Both the position numbers and the translations under genes were made by a program. This document shows positions 30,572 through 40,508 of a DNA stretch of 64,000 bases, piece after piece. Each line of letters opens with the position of its first letter. Within the stretch, counting starts at the first letter, position 1. This DNA is from Candidatus Latescibacterota bacterium. Lineage in GTDB: Bacteria > Latescibacterota > UBA2968 > GCA-2709665. The notes beneath the pieces were generated by a model that saw only the letters and a list, made by a program, of their open reading frames with translations, was not told where the DNA came from and did no database searches. The stretch spans positions 4,480,001 to 4,544,000 of the forward strand of contig OZ252100.1 of the NCBI GenBank assembly GCA_965248435.1, written 5' to 3'.

Positions 30572-31643
30572 CAGCTTGCTCGTCGTCGTCACGTTTATTC
30601 TTCTGTCTTTCATCCCGTTGTTTCCCCTCGGCCACTATTTTCGGAAGAGGCGGAGGCATCAAAAAAATGCTACACGGAAGTACGGAGTTATTCAGCGACT
30701 CGGGGAAGAAAAGGGATTGAATCAGACGGAGCTGGGGGCGGCTCAGCGCATGGCAAGAGCAGCTAGGATCCCGGCTACTACAAAGCTACTGAGGTCGGTC
30801 CGCGTCTTTGATCGGGGGATGGCGTCCTGGATGTCAAGAGTCCAGCAAATGTCCTGGCTCGAGATCGATAGGGAGGTAGAGGTGCTTAGGGCACTCAGAG
30901 AAAAGCTGGGGTTTCGCTACCTGCCTCCCGAGGAGCCGCCATCCTCGACCCGGGAACTTGAACTGGATCAAAGCCTCTACTTCCTTGCCCGAGGGAACAA
31001 GGGGCTTCGGGTGCTGTCTGCCCCTGTTGTCGACCTGGACGACTTGGCCATTCGGACTGAGGCTTTCAGGGAGGGTGGCCGCCCCGTTCGTTTCCCGAAG
31101 GGACACGAAATGTGGCTCTTCTTCTGGCCAGAATCCGGCGGCGAATGTCGGTTCAAATCGAAAGTCCTGAAAGAGGTGGCACGGCCGATGCCATATCTGG
31201 TGCTCAATCACGGAGACGGGGTGATAATCAATAGGGCCAAGGAATTCTTTACCTGCGATTTGGACGTAGAGTTGATTGCGGAGCGAGTGCCGGCCTCGAA
31301 AGTCGGTGGGGTCCAACCTTCCCAGATCCTTTTCCAGAAAGGACAACATATAGAATCGCTGCCTGTGAGACTCATTCAACTCAGCGGCAGCGGGTTCGTC
31401 GTTTCCAAGGATGCAGGCGTCGGATTAGGGGACATCATCCGGCTTAGCTGTAACGTTGAATCGATGTCGTTTTTGGACGAGTTGGTTGGAATCGCCGAGA
31501 AGGAGGTCGGCTCTGGCGTCAGGTTTCGATTTGTGAAACTGGCGACGGGGGAGAGAGAAGAGATACTTGACTATATCACACCGCGAGTAAAGGCCACGAC
31601 CACTTCAAGAGGTCGTATGGCCCGATTGGCCCCTGACCGCTGA
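30564..31643 (+). CDS. Membrane-anchored YcgR/PilZ-like protein with degenerate motifs
   Basis: N-terminal TM; CRFKSKVL..PYLVLNH (YcgR-N-like); LSGSG and GVRFRF..L...ERE.I..YI PilZ-like tail. Confidence 0.5.
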   Translation: MSDSLLVVVTFILLSFIPLFPLGHYFRKRRRHQKNATRKYGVIQRLGEEKGLNQTELGAAQRMARAARIPATTKLLRSVRVFDRGMASWMSRVQQMSWLEIDREVEVLRALREKLGFRYLPPEEPPSSTRELELDQSLYFLARGNKGLRVLSAPVVDLDDLAIRTEAFREGGRPVRFPKGHEMWLFFWPESGGECRFKSKVLKEVARPMPYLVLNHGDGVIINRAKEFFTCDLDVELIAERVPASKVGGVQPSQILFQKGQHIESLPVRLIQLSGSGFVVSKDAGVGLGDIIRLSCNVESMSFLDELVGIAEKEVGSGVRFRFVKLATGEREEILDYITPRVKATTTSRGRMARLAPDR

Positions 31644-31723
31644 TCGGCTTGGCTACTCTTTGATCCCTCAAAGAAGCCATAGACGAAGAGCTGATTCCAG
31701 AAAACGAGAATCTAGATGAAATG

Positions 31724-31752
31724 AACCGTCCGAAGAGCCGGGCGGTTTTTTC
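31724..31752 (+). terminator. Intrinsic terminator
   Basis: AACCGTCC/GGGCGGTT stem followed by a T tract. Confidence 0.55.
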
Positions 31753-31773
31753 TATTTGATCGGTTGATCGGTG

Positions 31774-31811
31774 TGGGACGTGCGCCGACTTGGTGAGACA
31801 GTCCTGTCTCA
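31774..31811. promoter_or_regulatory. Candidate enhancer (UAS) 2
   Basis: Perfect palindrome TGAGACA-gtcc-TGTCTCA (31794-31811) plus a TGGGACG half-site 20 bp upstream. Confidence 0.75.
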
Positions 31812-31905
31812 CTTCATCGGTAAATCGTTGGGTTTTCCGAGAAAGTGTCATACATATATTGTTGTTTATCAATGTGATAGTGAAATTTGACCTGGATCAG
31901 CAAAC

Positions 31906-31920
31906 TGGCATAGACATTGC
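31906..31920 (+). promoter_or_regulatory. Sigma54 promoter 2 (porin-yceI-nxr operon)
   Basis: TGGCAT-agaca-TTGC. Confidence 0.85.
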
Positions 31921-32118
31921 GTAAAAAAGTAAGTGTGGCTGATTTACGACCAACCAATCAGAAAGTCCTATTAATACAGTTCGAGCGAAAGGGGGTTGGC
32001 GCGGATGATAGCGGTGTCTGAGGCAGGTCGCTCAGTCTTGAGAAATCCTTTTGACTCGATGGCCTGCCTGTCGAAGAAAAACCTGGCCTTCAAAGGAGGC
32101 CAAGAAGGAGGTGCCACC

Positions 32119-33465
32119 ATGAAACTCTCAAATGTAGACCATGCGAAGGCCTCAGCTGCCAGCGATCCAGGCTCGCAGATTAGGGGGCACGCCGCTCGTT
32201 GGGTCCGTCAGTTCAAAGTCGGGGTGGTTATGATGTTGATTCTCGGTCTGGGATGGTCAGGGACGCAAGCCTGGGCCCAAACCCATAATTATAAATCGGA
32301 TAAAGGCATCAAGATTTCAGAATTCGACGGAATGAAACTTTACATGGATTTAAAGACCGTCGGAAGGTTCCAGTCGTTGGACCACGAAGGGGTATTTGTT
32401 GGTGGGAAAGAAACGCTGGGACTCCCGTCCGGATTTCAGACGGCCTGGGGAAATCTGGGGTTTCTGGCGGATTATGACGGTAAGGTCGAGGTCTTCTTCG
32501 AACTCTACCTGAGCAGCCGGCCACATCCCGAAAAGGTTTATGGACACGAGGGCTATCTGCTGATCCGTGGTATACCGGAGAACCTCACCACCGGACCTGT
32601 TGCGTCCCTGTTCAATGCGGTTGATTTCAAGGCGGGTCACTTCGAGATCGATTATGGAGATCACCGCTACCGGCGATCGGACAATGCGCGGGTGCAGAAA
32701 AACCCATTGATCGGAAACTACATCATAGATCCGAAGACGGTAGAAATCGGGGTAGAAGTGGCCACGGAACCCAACCGTTTCAATCTTCTGATGGGTGTTG
32801 GGAGTGGAGGTACCACAGAGAAATTCAAGAAGGGAACAGGCCTAAGTTTTCACGGCAAGCTCTGGGGTGATATTACTAAGTCCCTTAGGGCTTCAGGGTC
32901 CTTTTACCGCGTGGATCACTCCGGAAACAAGGTCCAATTTACTGGGAGCTGGAGCAATCTCTTTTCCGGACACCGGAGTGGAGGGCCCTATAGCGGTGTT
33001 CTCGCTGGTGGAAACGCTCCTGGGCAGGTGATGCCCGGTGCTGGACAGAAGGTCACCGCAACCCAGTTTGATGTGACGTGGGGTGTGGGTTCGTTGGAGC
33101 TCTACAGCCATTACGGGTGGATGCGAGACGCTGACATCAACGGCTCGGATTCCGGGTCACCCGAGGAAAGCTGGGCATACTACGCGGCAGAATCCACTTA
33201 CCGTATTACGTCGAACCTCCATGCCGCCATCCGTTATAGCGGGGCCGACGCGAACAAACTCAACGGGATTTCCTCCAAAGGCCGCATTGAGCGGATTCAG
33301 ATTGGCGGCGGATTCTGGCTGACGGAAAACATGCTTGCCAAAGTGGAATATGTGCATCAGAGATGCAACAATTTCACGGACTCAGACGGCAAGGTCGGCG
33401 GCGTAGATATCTGGATGGATCCTGTTTTTAGCGGCGCGATCTCGGAGGTATCCTTCGCCTTCTAG
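32119..33465 (+). CDS. Outer-membrane beta-barrel (porin-like) protein
   Basis: Signal peptide (AWA/Q), amphipathic strands, C-terminal Phe; YLSSRPH, FEIDYGD..RRSDNA..NP.IGNY motifs; RBS AAGGAGG. Confidence 0.7.
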   Translation: MKLSNVDHAKASAASDPGSQIRGHAARWVRQFKVGVVMMLILGLGWSGTQAWAQTHNYKSDKGIKISEFDGMKLYMDLKTVGRFQSLDHEGVFVGGKETLGLPSGFQTAWGNLGFLADYDGKVEVFFELYLSSRPHPEKVYGHEGYLLIRGIPENLTTGPVASLFNAVDFKAGHFEIDYGDHRYRRSDNARVQKNPLIGNYIIDPKTVEIGVEVATEPNRFNLLMGVGSGGTTEKFKKGTGLSFHGKLWGDITKSLRASGSFYRVDHSGNKVQFTGSWSNLFSGHRSGGPYSGVLAGGNAPGQVMPGAGQKVTATQFDVTWGVGSLELYSHYGWMRDADINGSDSGSPEESWAYYAAESTYRITSNLHAAIRYSGADANKLNGISSKGRIERIQIGGGFWLTENMLAKVEYVHQRCNNFTDSDGKVGGVDIWMDPVFSGAISEVSFAF

Positions 33466-33576
33466 ATCTCCTTGGTCTGCGGAGTCTGTGCAGAGTTGCT
33501 GGATGCCGCAGACCACATTCGGATAGGTCTTTTCAAACCGCCTTGACGATGATGAGAAGGGCGTCATCAAAAGGAG

Positions 33577-34275
33577 ATGATCGTGATGAAAAGACACAAT
33601 GTCGAGATGGTCGGCGTATTCATTCTGCTTCTTACCCATTCCTTACAGGCACAAACCTGGATCAGGTTTGAAGGGGTACCGGAAGAAAGCAGGGTCACGA
33701 TTGAGGGGACGTCTACTCTACACGACTGGACCGTCGAAAGCGAGAGCATCAAGGGGTTCTTGGAAATCCAGAAGGATGCTGATGACGACGCACTGTGGAA
33801 AGGGGAATCTGGACCAATGCGTGTGAAGATGCGCGCTAATGTTCACGTAGAGATCGTGGTCCGTTCCCTGAAAAGCGGCAAAGGGGACATGGACAAGAAG
33901 ATGTACAAAGCCTTGAAAGATAGCGAACATCCCAAAATCGAATACCGTCTAACCGAGGCGATATGCAAGGGGAGCAAGAAGATACGAGATGCCCGATTGT
34001 CATCAGTTGAGTTTGACACCAGGGGTGAATTGACAGTGGCGGGAGTAACTCTGCCGATCGAGATGGCCGTGATAGTAGACCGTATAGGCAAAGATCAATT
34101 GATAACCAAGGGGGAGACTTTTCTGAAGATGAAGGACTTCAAGATTAAACCACCCAAGGCCATGCTGGGCATGATCCGAACAGGTAATGACATCAAAATA
34201 TCCTTTGAATGGATGACGAAGTTGCCCGTGGAAACCACACAAACGGTAGGAATATCTCAGTCGGGAGACGCATAA
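33577..34275 (+). CDS. YceI-family lipid/polyisoprenoid-binding protein
   Basis: S.VTIEGTSTLHDW, SLKSG..MD..MYKALK...P.I.Y, G.LTVAGVT, M.DF.I.PP. Confidence 0.9.
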   Translation: MIVMKRHNVEMVGVFILLLTHSLQAQTWIRFEGVPEESRVTIEGTSTLHDWTVESESIKGFLEIQKDADDDALWKGESGPMRVKMRANVHVEIVVRSLKSGKGDMDKKMYKALKDSEHPKIEYRLTEAICKGSKKIRDARLSSVEFDTRGELTVAGVTLPIEMAVIVDRIGKDQLITKGETFLKMKDFKIKPPKAMLGMIRTGNDIKISFEWMTKLPVETTQTVGISQSGDA

Positions 34276-34276
34276 A

Positions 34277-34966
34277 GTGAGAAATCCCAAACGCGTTCTG
34301 GAAGGGTTCATCATCCTGCTGGCATCTTTCCCTCTGCTGGCAATGGCATCTGAGCAAAACCTATTTGTGATTGGGTCCGATAGTGAGATGCATCTGCAAG
34401 GGCGCGCGACGCTTCGCAAATGGCGATTCGAAAGTCACGAGGTGACGGGATTTGTAAAACTCGAAGCGACTCCTGAGGATCTCAAGCTGATGATTCAAAG
34501 TGTTGAAACGGCTCTCCGAAGCGGGGTGGAAGTAATCTTGCAAGACTTGGGCCTACAGATGTGCAACTCTCCTCGGGCCTTAGTGACCGTTCCAGTGGGG
34601 TCTCTTGCGAACCGAAGTTCTGCAATGACACGAGATATGTACAAAGCCCTGAAGAAGGAGCAATTTCCAGTTATAAAGTACACATTTTCCAGATTGATAG
34701 ACGTCAGGGTGATACCGGGTGCCGATACGTCCATCACTCGTCTTAGTCTGACTACGGAGGGTGTTCTGGAGATCGCCGGGGTCCGAAAGTTCATAGAGAT
34801 GGATGTTCTGGTCGAACACGATAAGAACCGATTCAAAGTATTTGGTGAGAAACGTGTGAAGATGACTGATTTTGGAATTGATCCGCCATCACAATTCTTC
34901 GGTCTGATCCGTGTGCGCGACGAGGTGGATGTGATCTTTGACCTGGTCGTGGGGACGGATTCTTAA
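34277..34966 (+). CDS. YceI-family protein (second copy)
   Basis: MTRDMYKALK..FP.I.Y, G.LEIAGV, MTDFGIDPP..FFGLI.V. Confidence 0.85.
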   Translation: MRNPKRVLEGFIILLASFPLLAMASEQNLFVIGSDSEMHLQGRATLRKWRFESHEVTGFVKLEATPEDLKLMIQSVETALRSGVEVILQDLGLQMCNSPRALVTVPVGSLANRSSAMTRDMYKALKKEQFPVIKYTFSRLIDVRVIPGADTSITRLSLTTEGVLEIAGVRKFIEMDVLVEHDKNRFKVFGEKRVKMTDFGIDPPSQFFGLIRVRDEVDVIFDLVVGTDS

Positions 34967-34975
34967 TGAAGTTGC

Positions 34976-36634
34976 ATGATGTTCCAGTGGAGGAGGGAGT
35001 CTCCAATGAGATGTGCAGTGCGTACCAGACCCGCAGGAGGAAAGTTACTTCTTTATAGCGGCATCTTACTTGGTCTGTCCCTGCTTTGTGTACAGACCTC
35101 CACCGGGGAGGGACGTTCTCTACAGCCTTCAAAGGATCTGAAAGCCTCTACTCGAGCCGTAGAATTGGGCAAGGCCACTTACCAGAGACAATGCGCTGCC
35201 TGTCACGGGCTGGAGGGGCGGGGTGACGGCGAAGCGGCCTTCCTGCTCTATCCCAAGCCCCGGGACTTCGTCGCGGCTCGCTACCGTCTCGTCTCGACGT
35301 GGGAGCGTGTGCCGACGGATGAGGACCTCTTCACCACCATCTCCCGCGGGATGCCAGGGTCGGCAATGCCGTCCTGGGCCCACCTGCCCGAGGAGACCCG
35401 ATGGGGGCTGGTTCACTATGTGAAATCTCTTGCCGAGAAGTCCTGGGCAGTGAAGCCGGCGACCGAACCAAAAGAGGAAGGTGCGTCGGGGACCGGTGTC
35501 ATCGCTGTTCCGCCCGAGACTGCTTACACGGCGGAGACGAAGAAGCAGGCCGCCTACTTTTTCAAGGAGGCCTGTGCGGGGTGCCACGGGCTGGAAGGTC
35601 GGGGCGACGGTGTGCAGCGCCAGGTGGACAGTGAAGGGTATGAAACGCGGCCGAGGGATCTGACGCGCGGGATCTACAAGGGTATCCCGGACCCGGAGGC
35701 GGTTTACCGCAGGATTGTCGCGGGGCTGCCCGGTACGCCGATGCCGATGAGCGACTGGGCCTACGGGAAAGATGCCTGGGACCTCGTCCACTACGTAATG
35801 AATATGTCCAGTGATCGGGAGCGCTCACGCAACGAAATGTTCAAGTTTGAAATCCACGCCGCGAGGGTGGCCAAACTCCCGGACCATCCCGATTCGTGGA
35901 TCTGGAATCGCGCCACGCCGGTCAACCTCCATCTGATGCCGCTCTGGTGGCGGGACGACCGGACCGAGGAGGTGACGGTGCGCGCACTGCACGACGGCAG
36001 GGAACTGGCCCTGCTCCTGGTCTGGCGGGATGAGACGCACGACCATACGACCATCCGCCCGCAGGACTTCAGAGACGCCGCTGCCGTGCAGTTCTCCCTG
36101 GATTCGGATCCACCCTTTTTCGCGATGGGGGAGCGGGGGAAGTTCGTGAACATCTGGATGTGGAAGTCTGAGCGGCAGGCGGACCTGCAGCCGGCGTATC
36201 AGGACCTGGAGAAGGTCTATCCGAATATCGGGATCGATTCCTACCCCAACTTCCAGAGGTCGCCCCTGGAACAGCCGATGCGACACGCGCTGACGCTGGA
36301 ATCGGATTCGACCTACGTGACGGGATGGGGGGCGGGAAACATCGTTTCGGACCCGACGTGGAAGCGAGCCGCGGAGGACCTCCGGGCCCAGGGCTTCGGC
36401 ACCCTGAAGGCCCGACCTCGGTTCGACCAGGCCGTGGAGGCCGATGGGGTCTACCGCGCGAACGCCTACAGGGTGGTTTTCCGCCGTGCGTTCAAACCGA
36501 AGGGGAAGGGGGCGGCGGCGCTGAAGAAGGGGACGACAGTGCCGGTGGCCTTTGCGGTTTGGGACGGGAGCGCGGGGGACCGGGACGGGAAGAAGTCGGT
36601 GACGATCTGGCAGGATTTGAAGATTTCGCCCTGA
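34976..36634 (+). CDS. Diheme cytochrome c fused to an ethylbenzene-dehydrogenase-gamma-type heme b domain (candidate NxrC/gamma subunit)
   Basis: CAACH and CAGCH with GxxMP distal ligands; FRDAAAVQF, FAMG, VAFAVWDG...RDGKK. Confidence 0.88.
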   Translation: MMFQWRRESPMRCAVRTRPAGGKLLLYSGILLGLSLLCVQTSTGEGRSLQPSKDLKASTRAVELGKATYQRQCAACHGLEGRGDGEAAFLLYPKPRDFVAARYRLVSTWERVPTDEDLFTTISRGMPGSAMPSWAHLPEETRWGLVHYVKSLAEKSWAVKPATEPKEEGASGTGVIAVPPETAYTAETKKQAAYFFKEACAGCHGLEGRGDGVQRQVDSEGYETRPRDLTRGIYKGIPDPEAVYRRIVAGLPGTPMPMSDWAYGKDAWDLVHYVMNMSSDRERSRNEMFKFEIHAARVAKLPDHPDSWIWNRATPVNLHLMPLWWRDDRTEEVTVRALHDGRELALLLVWRDETHDHTTIRPQDFRDAAAVQFSLDSDPPFFAMGERGKFVNIWMWKSERQADLQPAYQDLEKVYPNIGIDSYPNFQRSPLEQPMRHALTLESDSTYVTGWGAGNIVSDPTWKRAAEDLRAQGFGTLKARPRFDQAVEADGVYRANAYRVVFRRAFKPKGKGAAALKKGTTVPVAFAVWDGSAGDRDGKKSVTIWQDLKISP

Positions 36635-36646
36635 GGAGACAGTGCC

Positions 36647-39600
36647 ATGGCTGATGATGCGAAGCTGGAATCGGGCGGCGTTCCAAGGCGTGAGTTCCTG
36701 CGCTGGCTGGGTCTCGGCACCGGTTCGGCCGTGATGGGCGTGGGCGTGCCGTTCAGGCTGCTGGCCGCCGCCCGTCCCGACGAAAATCCACTCGCCGGTT
36801 CCATCGACCGGGGCTGGGAAGGGATCTACCGCGATCAATACCGCTACGACCGACACTTCGACTGGGTCTGTTCGCCCAACGACACCCACGCCTGCAGGGC
36901 CCGGGCCTACGTGCGGAACGGCATCGTGACCCGACTGGGGTCCACCTACGACTATCAGGACTATGCTGATCTCTACGGCAACAAGGCCACGTCGAACTGG
37001 AACCCCAGGCAGTGCGCAAAAGGCTACACCTTTCATCGTGTGCTCTACGGGCCCTACCGGCTGCGGCACCCGATCGTGCGCAGGGGCTGGAAGGCTTGGG
37101 CCGATGCCGGGTTTCCTGATCTGACGCCTGAGCTCCGGTCGAAGTACAAGTTCGACAGCCGGGGAGAGGACGAGTTTGTTCAGATCTCCTGGGATGACGT
37201 ATCCCACGACATCGCAAAGGCGCTGGTATCAATCTCTACGCGATACAGCGGGGAGGAGGGCAAACGGCGTCTGCTGGAACAGGGCTACCAGCCCGAGATG
37301 GTGGACGCCATGCACGGGGCGGGCACACGGAGCATCAAGATGCGGGGGGGGATGGGGCTTCTGGGGGTCATCGGGAAGTACGGGATGTATCGGCTGAACA
37401 ACTCGCTGTCTCTGCTCGACTCCAGGATCCGGGGCGTGTCGCCGGACAAGGCCCTCGGGGGTCGCAACTGGTCCAACTACACGTGGCACGGAGACCAGGC
37501 CCCGGGACACCCCTGGGTGCACGGGTTGCAGACGTCTGACTGCGACTTCAACGATCTTCGCTTCTCGAAGCTGATCATCATGGATGGAAAGAACCTGGTG
37601 GAGAACAAGCTGCCTGATTCCCACTGGTTCATCGAGTGCATGGAGCGGGGGGCGAAGATCGTCGTGATTGCCCCGGAGTACGGGCCGCCTTCCACCAAGG
37701 CCGACTACTGGATCCCGATTCGTCCGGCCACGGACACGGCGCTCTGGCTGGGCATTACGAAGCTGATGATCGACCGGAAGTGGTATGACGAAGCGTTCGT
37801 GAAAGGGTTCACCGACTTTCCCCTGCTTGTGCGAACGGATACACTCAAACGCCTGAGGGCCCACGAGGTCTTCCCCGATTACAAATCGACCCTTTCGCCC
37901 GACGGGCCTTCCGTGAAGATCCAGGGCCTCAAGCCGGAACAGCACGAAAAGCTGGGGGATTATGTGATCTGGGACGAAGGCCAGGACGGTCCACGGGCCA
38001 TCACGCGAGACGAAGTCGGAAAGCGCATGGCTGAGAACGGACATCGTCCGGCGCTTTCAGGAAAGTTCAAGGTCCGGCTGGTAAACGGCGAGGAGGTCGA
38101 GGTCGGGACGCTGTGGACGCTATATCAGACGCACTTGAAAGACTACGATCTGGATACCGTGGTCGACATCACCCACACCCCGAAAGAGCTGGTGGTACAG
38201 CTTGCGAAGGACATCGCAACGATGAAACCGGTGGCCATCCACCAGGGAGAGGGGATCAATCACTGGTTCCACGCCACGGAGATGAACCGATCGGCCTACC
38301 TGCCGTTGATGCTGACCGGGAACATCGGGAAGCCGGGCGCGGGAGGCCACACTTGGGCAGGCAATTACAAGGCCGCGCTCTTCCAGGGGTCGCCCTGGAC
38401 GGGGCCCGGATTCAAGGGGTGGATCGGCGAGGATCCGTTCGAGCCGAACCTGAATCCGGATGCCCCCGGGAAAGAGGTTCCGGTGCGCCTGACCTGCAAG
38501 GATGAGGAACCGGCCTACTGGAATCACGGGGATCAGGCCCTGATCGTGGACACGCCAAAGTTCGGGCGGAAGAACTTCACCGGCAACACCCACATGCCCA
38601 CGCCGACGAAGGCCATCATCTTTAACAATGTGAACCTGATCAACAATGCCAAGTGGGCCTACGGGATGATCAAGAACGTAAACCCGAACATCGAGATGAT
38701 CGTCTCGATGGACATCCAGATGACGGCCTCGATCGAATACGCCGATATCGCCCTGCCGGCCAACTCGTGGCTCGAGTTCGAGGGACTGGAAGTCACAGCC
38801 TCCTGCTCCAACCCCTTCCTCCAGATCTGGAAGGGCGGCATCCCCCCGGTCTTCGACAGCAAGGACGACCTGAGGATCCTTGCGAACATTGCCAAGGCCC
38901 TGGGTTCAGTGACCGGCGACCGGCGCTTCATCGACTATTTCAAGTTCGAGCATCAGGGAAAGCGTGACATCTATCTGCAGCGCCTCCTCGACACCTGCAC
39001 GACCACGCGGGGATACAAACTCAGCGACATCATGACGGGCAAATTCGGGCCGCCGGGCGGCTGCTTGATGAACTTCCGAACCTACCCGCGCATCCCGTTC
39101 TACGAGCAGGTACACGACGACGAGCCCTTTCACACCGACACGGGACGGATGCACGCCTACTCCGACGTGCCAGAGGCCATCGAGTACGGAGAGAACTTCA
39201 TCGTCCACCGGGAAGGCCCGGAGGCCACGCCCTACCTGCCGAACGTGATCGTGAGTTCCAACCCCTACATCCGGCCGGAGGATTACGGCATCCCGCAGGA
39301 CGCGGAGCACTGGGACGATCGCACGATCCGAAACGTGATGCTCCCCTGGTCCAAGGTGAAGAAGACGAAGAACTTCCTATGGGAGAAAGGGTTCCAGTTC
39401 TACTGCCTGACACCGAAGACGCGCCACCGGGTGCACAGCGGCTGGTCGAACGTGGACTGGCACATGCTCTACGATTCGAACTTCGGTGACCCCTATCGGC
39501 TGGACAAGCGGGCGCCCTCAGTGGGCGAACACCAGCTCCACATCAACCCTCAGGCGGCGCGGGATCTCGAGATCAACGACGGAGATTACGTCTACCTGGA

Positions 39601-40117
39601 CGCAAACCCGGCGGACCGGCCCTACCTCGGGGCGAAGCCTGACGATCCCTTCTACCGTGTGGCGCGGTGCATGCTGCGGGTCAAGTACAACCATGCCTAC
39701 CCCTACAACATCGTGATGATGAAACACGCGCCCTATATCGCTACGGAGAAGAGCGTAAAGGCACACGAAACCCGGCCGGACGGCCGGGCGCTTTCTGCGA
39801 ATACGGGTTACCAGGCCAACCTTCGCTACGGGTCCCAGCAATCGGTCACGCGTAACTGGCATATGCCGATGCATCAGACCGACAGCCTTTTCCACAAGGC
39901 GAAGGTGTATATGAGTTTCATCTTCGGGGGCGAGGCGGATAACCACGCCATCAACACGGTGCCGAAGGAGACGCTTGTCCGCGTCACGAAAGCGGAGGAT
40001 GGAGGAATGGGGGGTGCGGGTATCTGGGCGCCGGCGACCACCGGACGTACCCCTGACAATGAGAATGAATTCACCAAGCGCTACCTGGTCGGCGAGCTGG
40101 TGCAGGTCAGGTCGTAG
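36647..40117 (+). CDS. nxrA: Tat-exported Mo-bisPGD oxidoreductase alpha subunit, Nitrospira/anammox-type NxrA-like
   Basis: Tat signal RREFL; FS0 motif CSPNDTHAC...C; WSNYTWHGDQAPG (Asp Mo ligand); WAGNYKA; NTVPKETLV. Confidence 0.92.
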   Translation: MADDAKLESGGVPRREFLRWLGLGTGSAVMGVGVPFRLLAAARPDENPLAGSIDRGWEGIYRDQYRYDRHFDWVCSPNDTHACRARAYVRNGIVTRLGSTYDYQDYADLYGNKATSNWNPRQCAKGYTFHRVLYGPYRLRHPIVRRGWKAWADAGFPDLTPELRSKYKFDSRGEDEFVQISWDDVSHDIAKALVSISTRYSGEEGKRRLLEQGYQPEMVDAMHGAGTRSIKMRGGMGLLGVIGKYGMYRLNNSLSLLDSRIRGVSPDKALGGRNWSNYTWHGDQAPGHPWVHGLQTSDCDFNDLRFSKLIIMDGKNLVENKLPDSHWFIECMERGAKIVVIAPEYGPPSTKADYWIPIRPATDTALWLGITKLMIDRKWYDEAFVKGFTDFPLLVRTDTLKRLRAHEVFPDYKSTLSPDGPSVKIQGLKPEQHEKLGDYVIWDEGQDGPRAITRDEVGKRMAENGHRPALSGKFKVRLVNGEEVEVGTLWTLYQTHLKDYDLDTVVDITHTPKELVVQLAKDIATMKPVAIHQGEGINHWFHATEMNRSAYLPLMLTGNIGKPGAGGHTWAGNYKAALFQGSPWTGPGFKGWIGEDPFEPNLNPDAPGKEVPVRLTCKDEEPAYWNHGDQALIVDTPKFGRKNFTGNTHMPTPTKAIIFNNVNLINNAKWAYGMIKNVNPNIEMIVSMDIQMTASIEYADIALPANSWLEFEGLEVTASCSNPFLQIWKGGIPPVFDSKDDLRILANIAKALGSVTGDRRFIDYFKFEHQGKRDIYLQRLLDTCTTTRGYKLSDIMTGKFGPPGGCLMNFRTYPRIPFYEQVHDDEPFHTDTGRMHAYSDVPEAIEYGENFIVHREGPEATPYLPNVIVSSNPYIRPEDYGIPQDAEHWDDRTIRNVMLPWSKVKKTKNFLWEKGFQFYCLTPKTRHRVHSGWSNVDWHMLYDSNFGDPYRLDKRAPSVGEHQLHINPQAARDLEINDGDYVYLDANPADRPYLGAKPDDPFYRVARCMLRVKYNHAYPYNIVMMKHAPYIATEKSVKAHETRPDGRALSANTGYQANLRYGSQQSVTRNWHMPMHQTDSLFHKAKVYMSFIFGGEADNHAINTVPKETLVRVTKAEDGGMGGAGIWAPATTGRTPDNENEFTKRYLVGELVQVRS

Positions 40118-40142
40118 AAGACTTCGTCTGAAGGAGCCGAAA

Positions 40143-40469
40143 ATGCCTTACGATGAACCCGATGTCACCGACCCGATGATGGGTGTGGGCGTTGTGTTGC
40201 CGGGCGGCGAGGAAGCCACGCGGGACATGGCTTACGTCTTTGCTGAGGAGTTCGCCAGGCTGGGCCATTCCGAAGAAAAGATCCTGCGTCTGTTCCAGAC
40301 ACCCTTTTACCGGGCCGCACACGGCGCCTATTCCGCACTGGGCGAGGCTGTCATCCTACGGATCGTCCGGGAATGTGTCGGCGTCTGGGGACGCGTGCGG
40401 TTCGTGGATCTGGATGCGGAAAGAGAAGCAGAGGGGCTCATTCAAGTGGAACCGTGCAGGACCGAATAG
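40143..40469 (+). CDS. Conserved-looking hypothetical protein between alpha and beta subunits
   Basis: RBS AAGGAG plus ATG; FAEEFARLG..ILRLF..PFY. Confidence 0.7.
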   Translation: MPYDEPDVTDPMMGVGVVLPGGEEATRDMAYVFAEEFARLGHSEEKILRLFQTPFYRAAHGAYSALGEAVILRIVRECVGVWGRVRFVDLDAEREAEGLIQVEPCRTE

Positions 40470-40508
40470 GGATCTCGAATCGAAACTGGCCACGAGGAGG
40501 GGAGTGCG

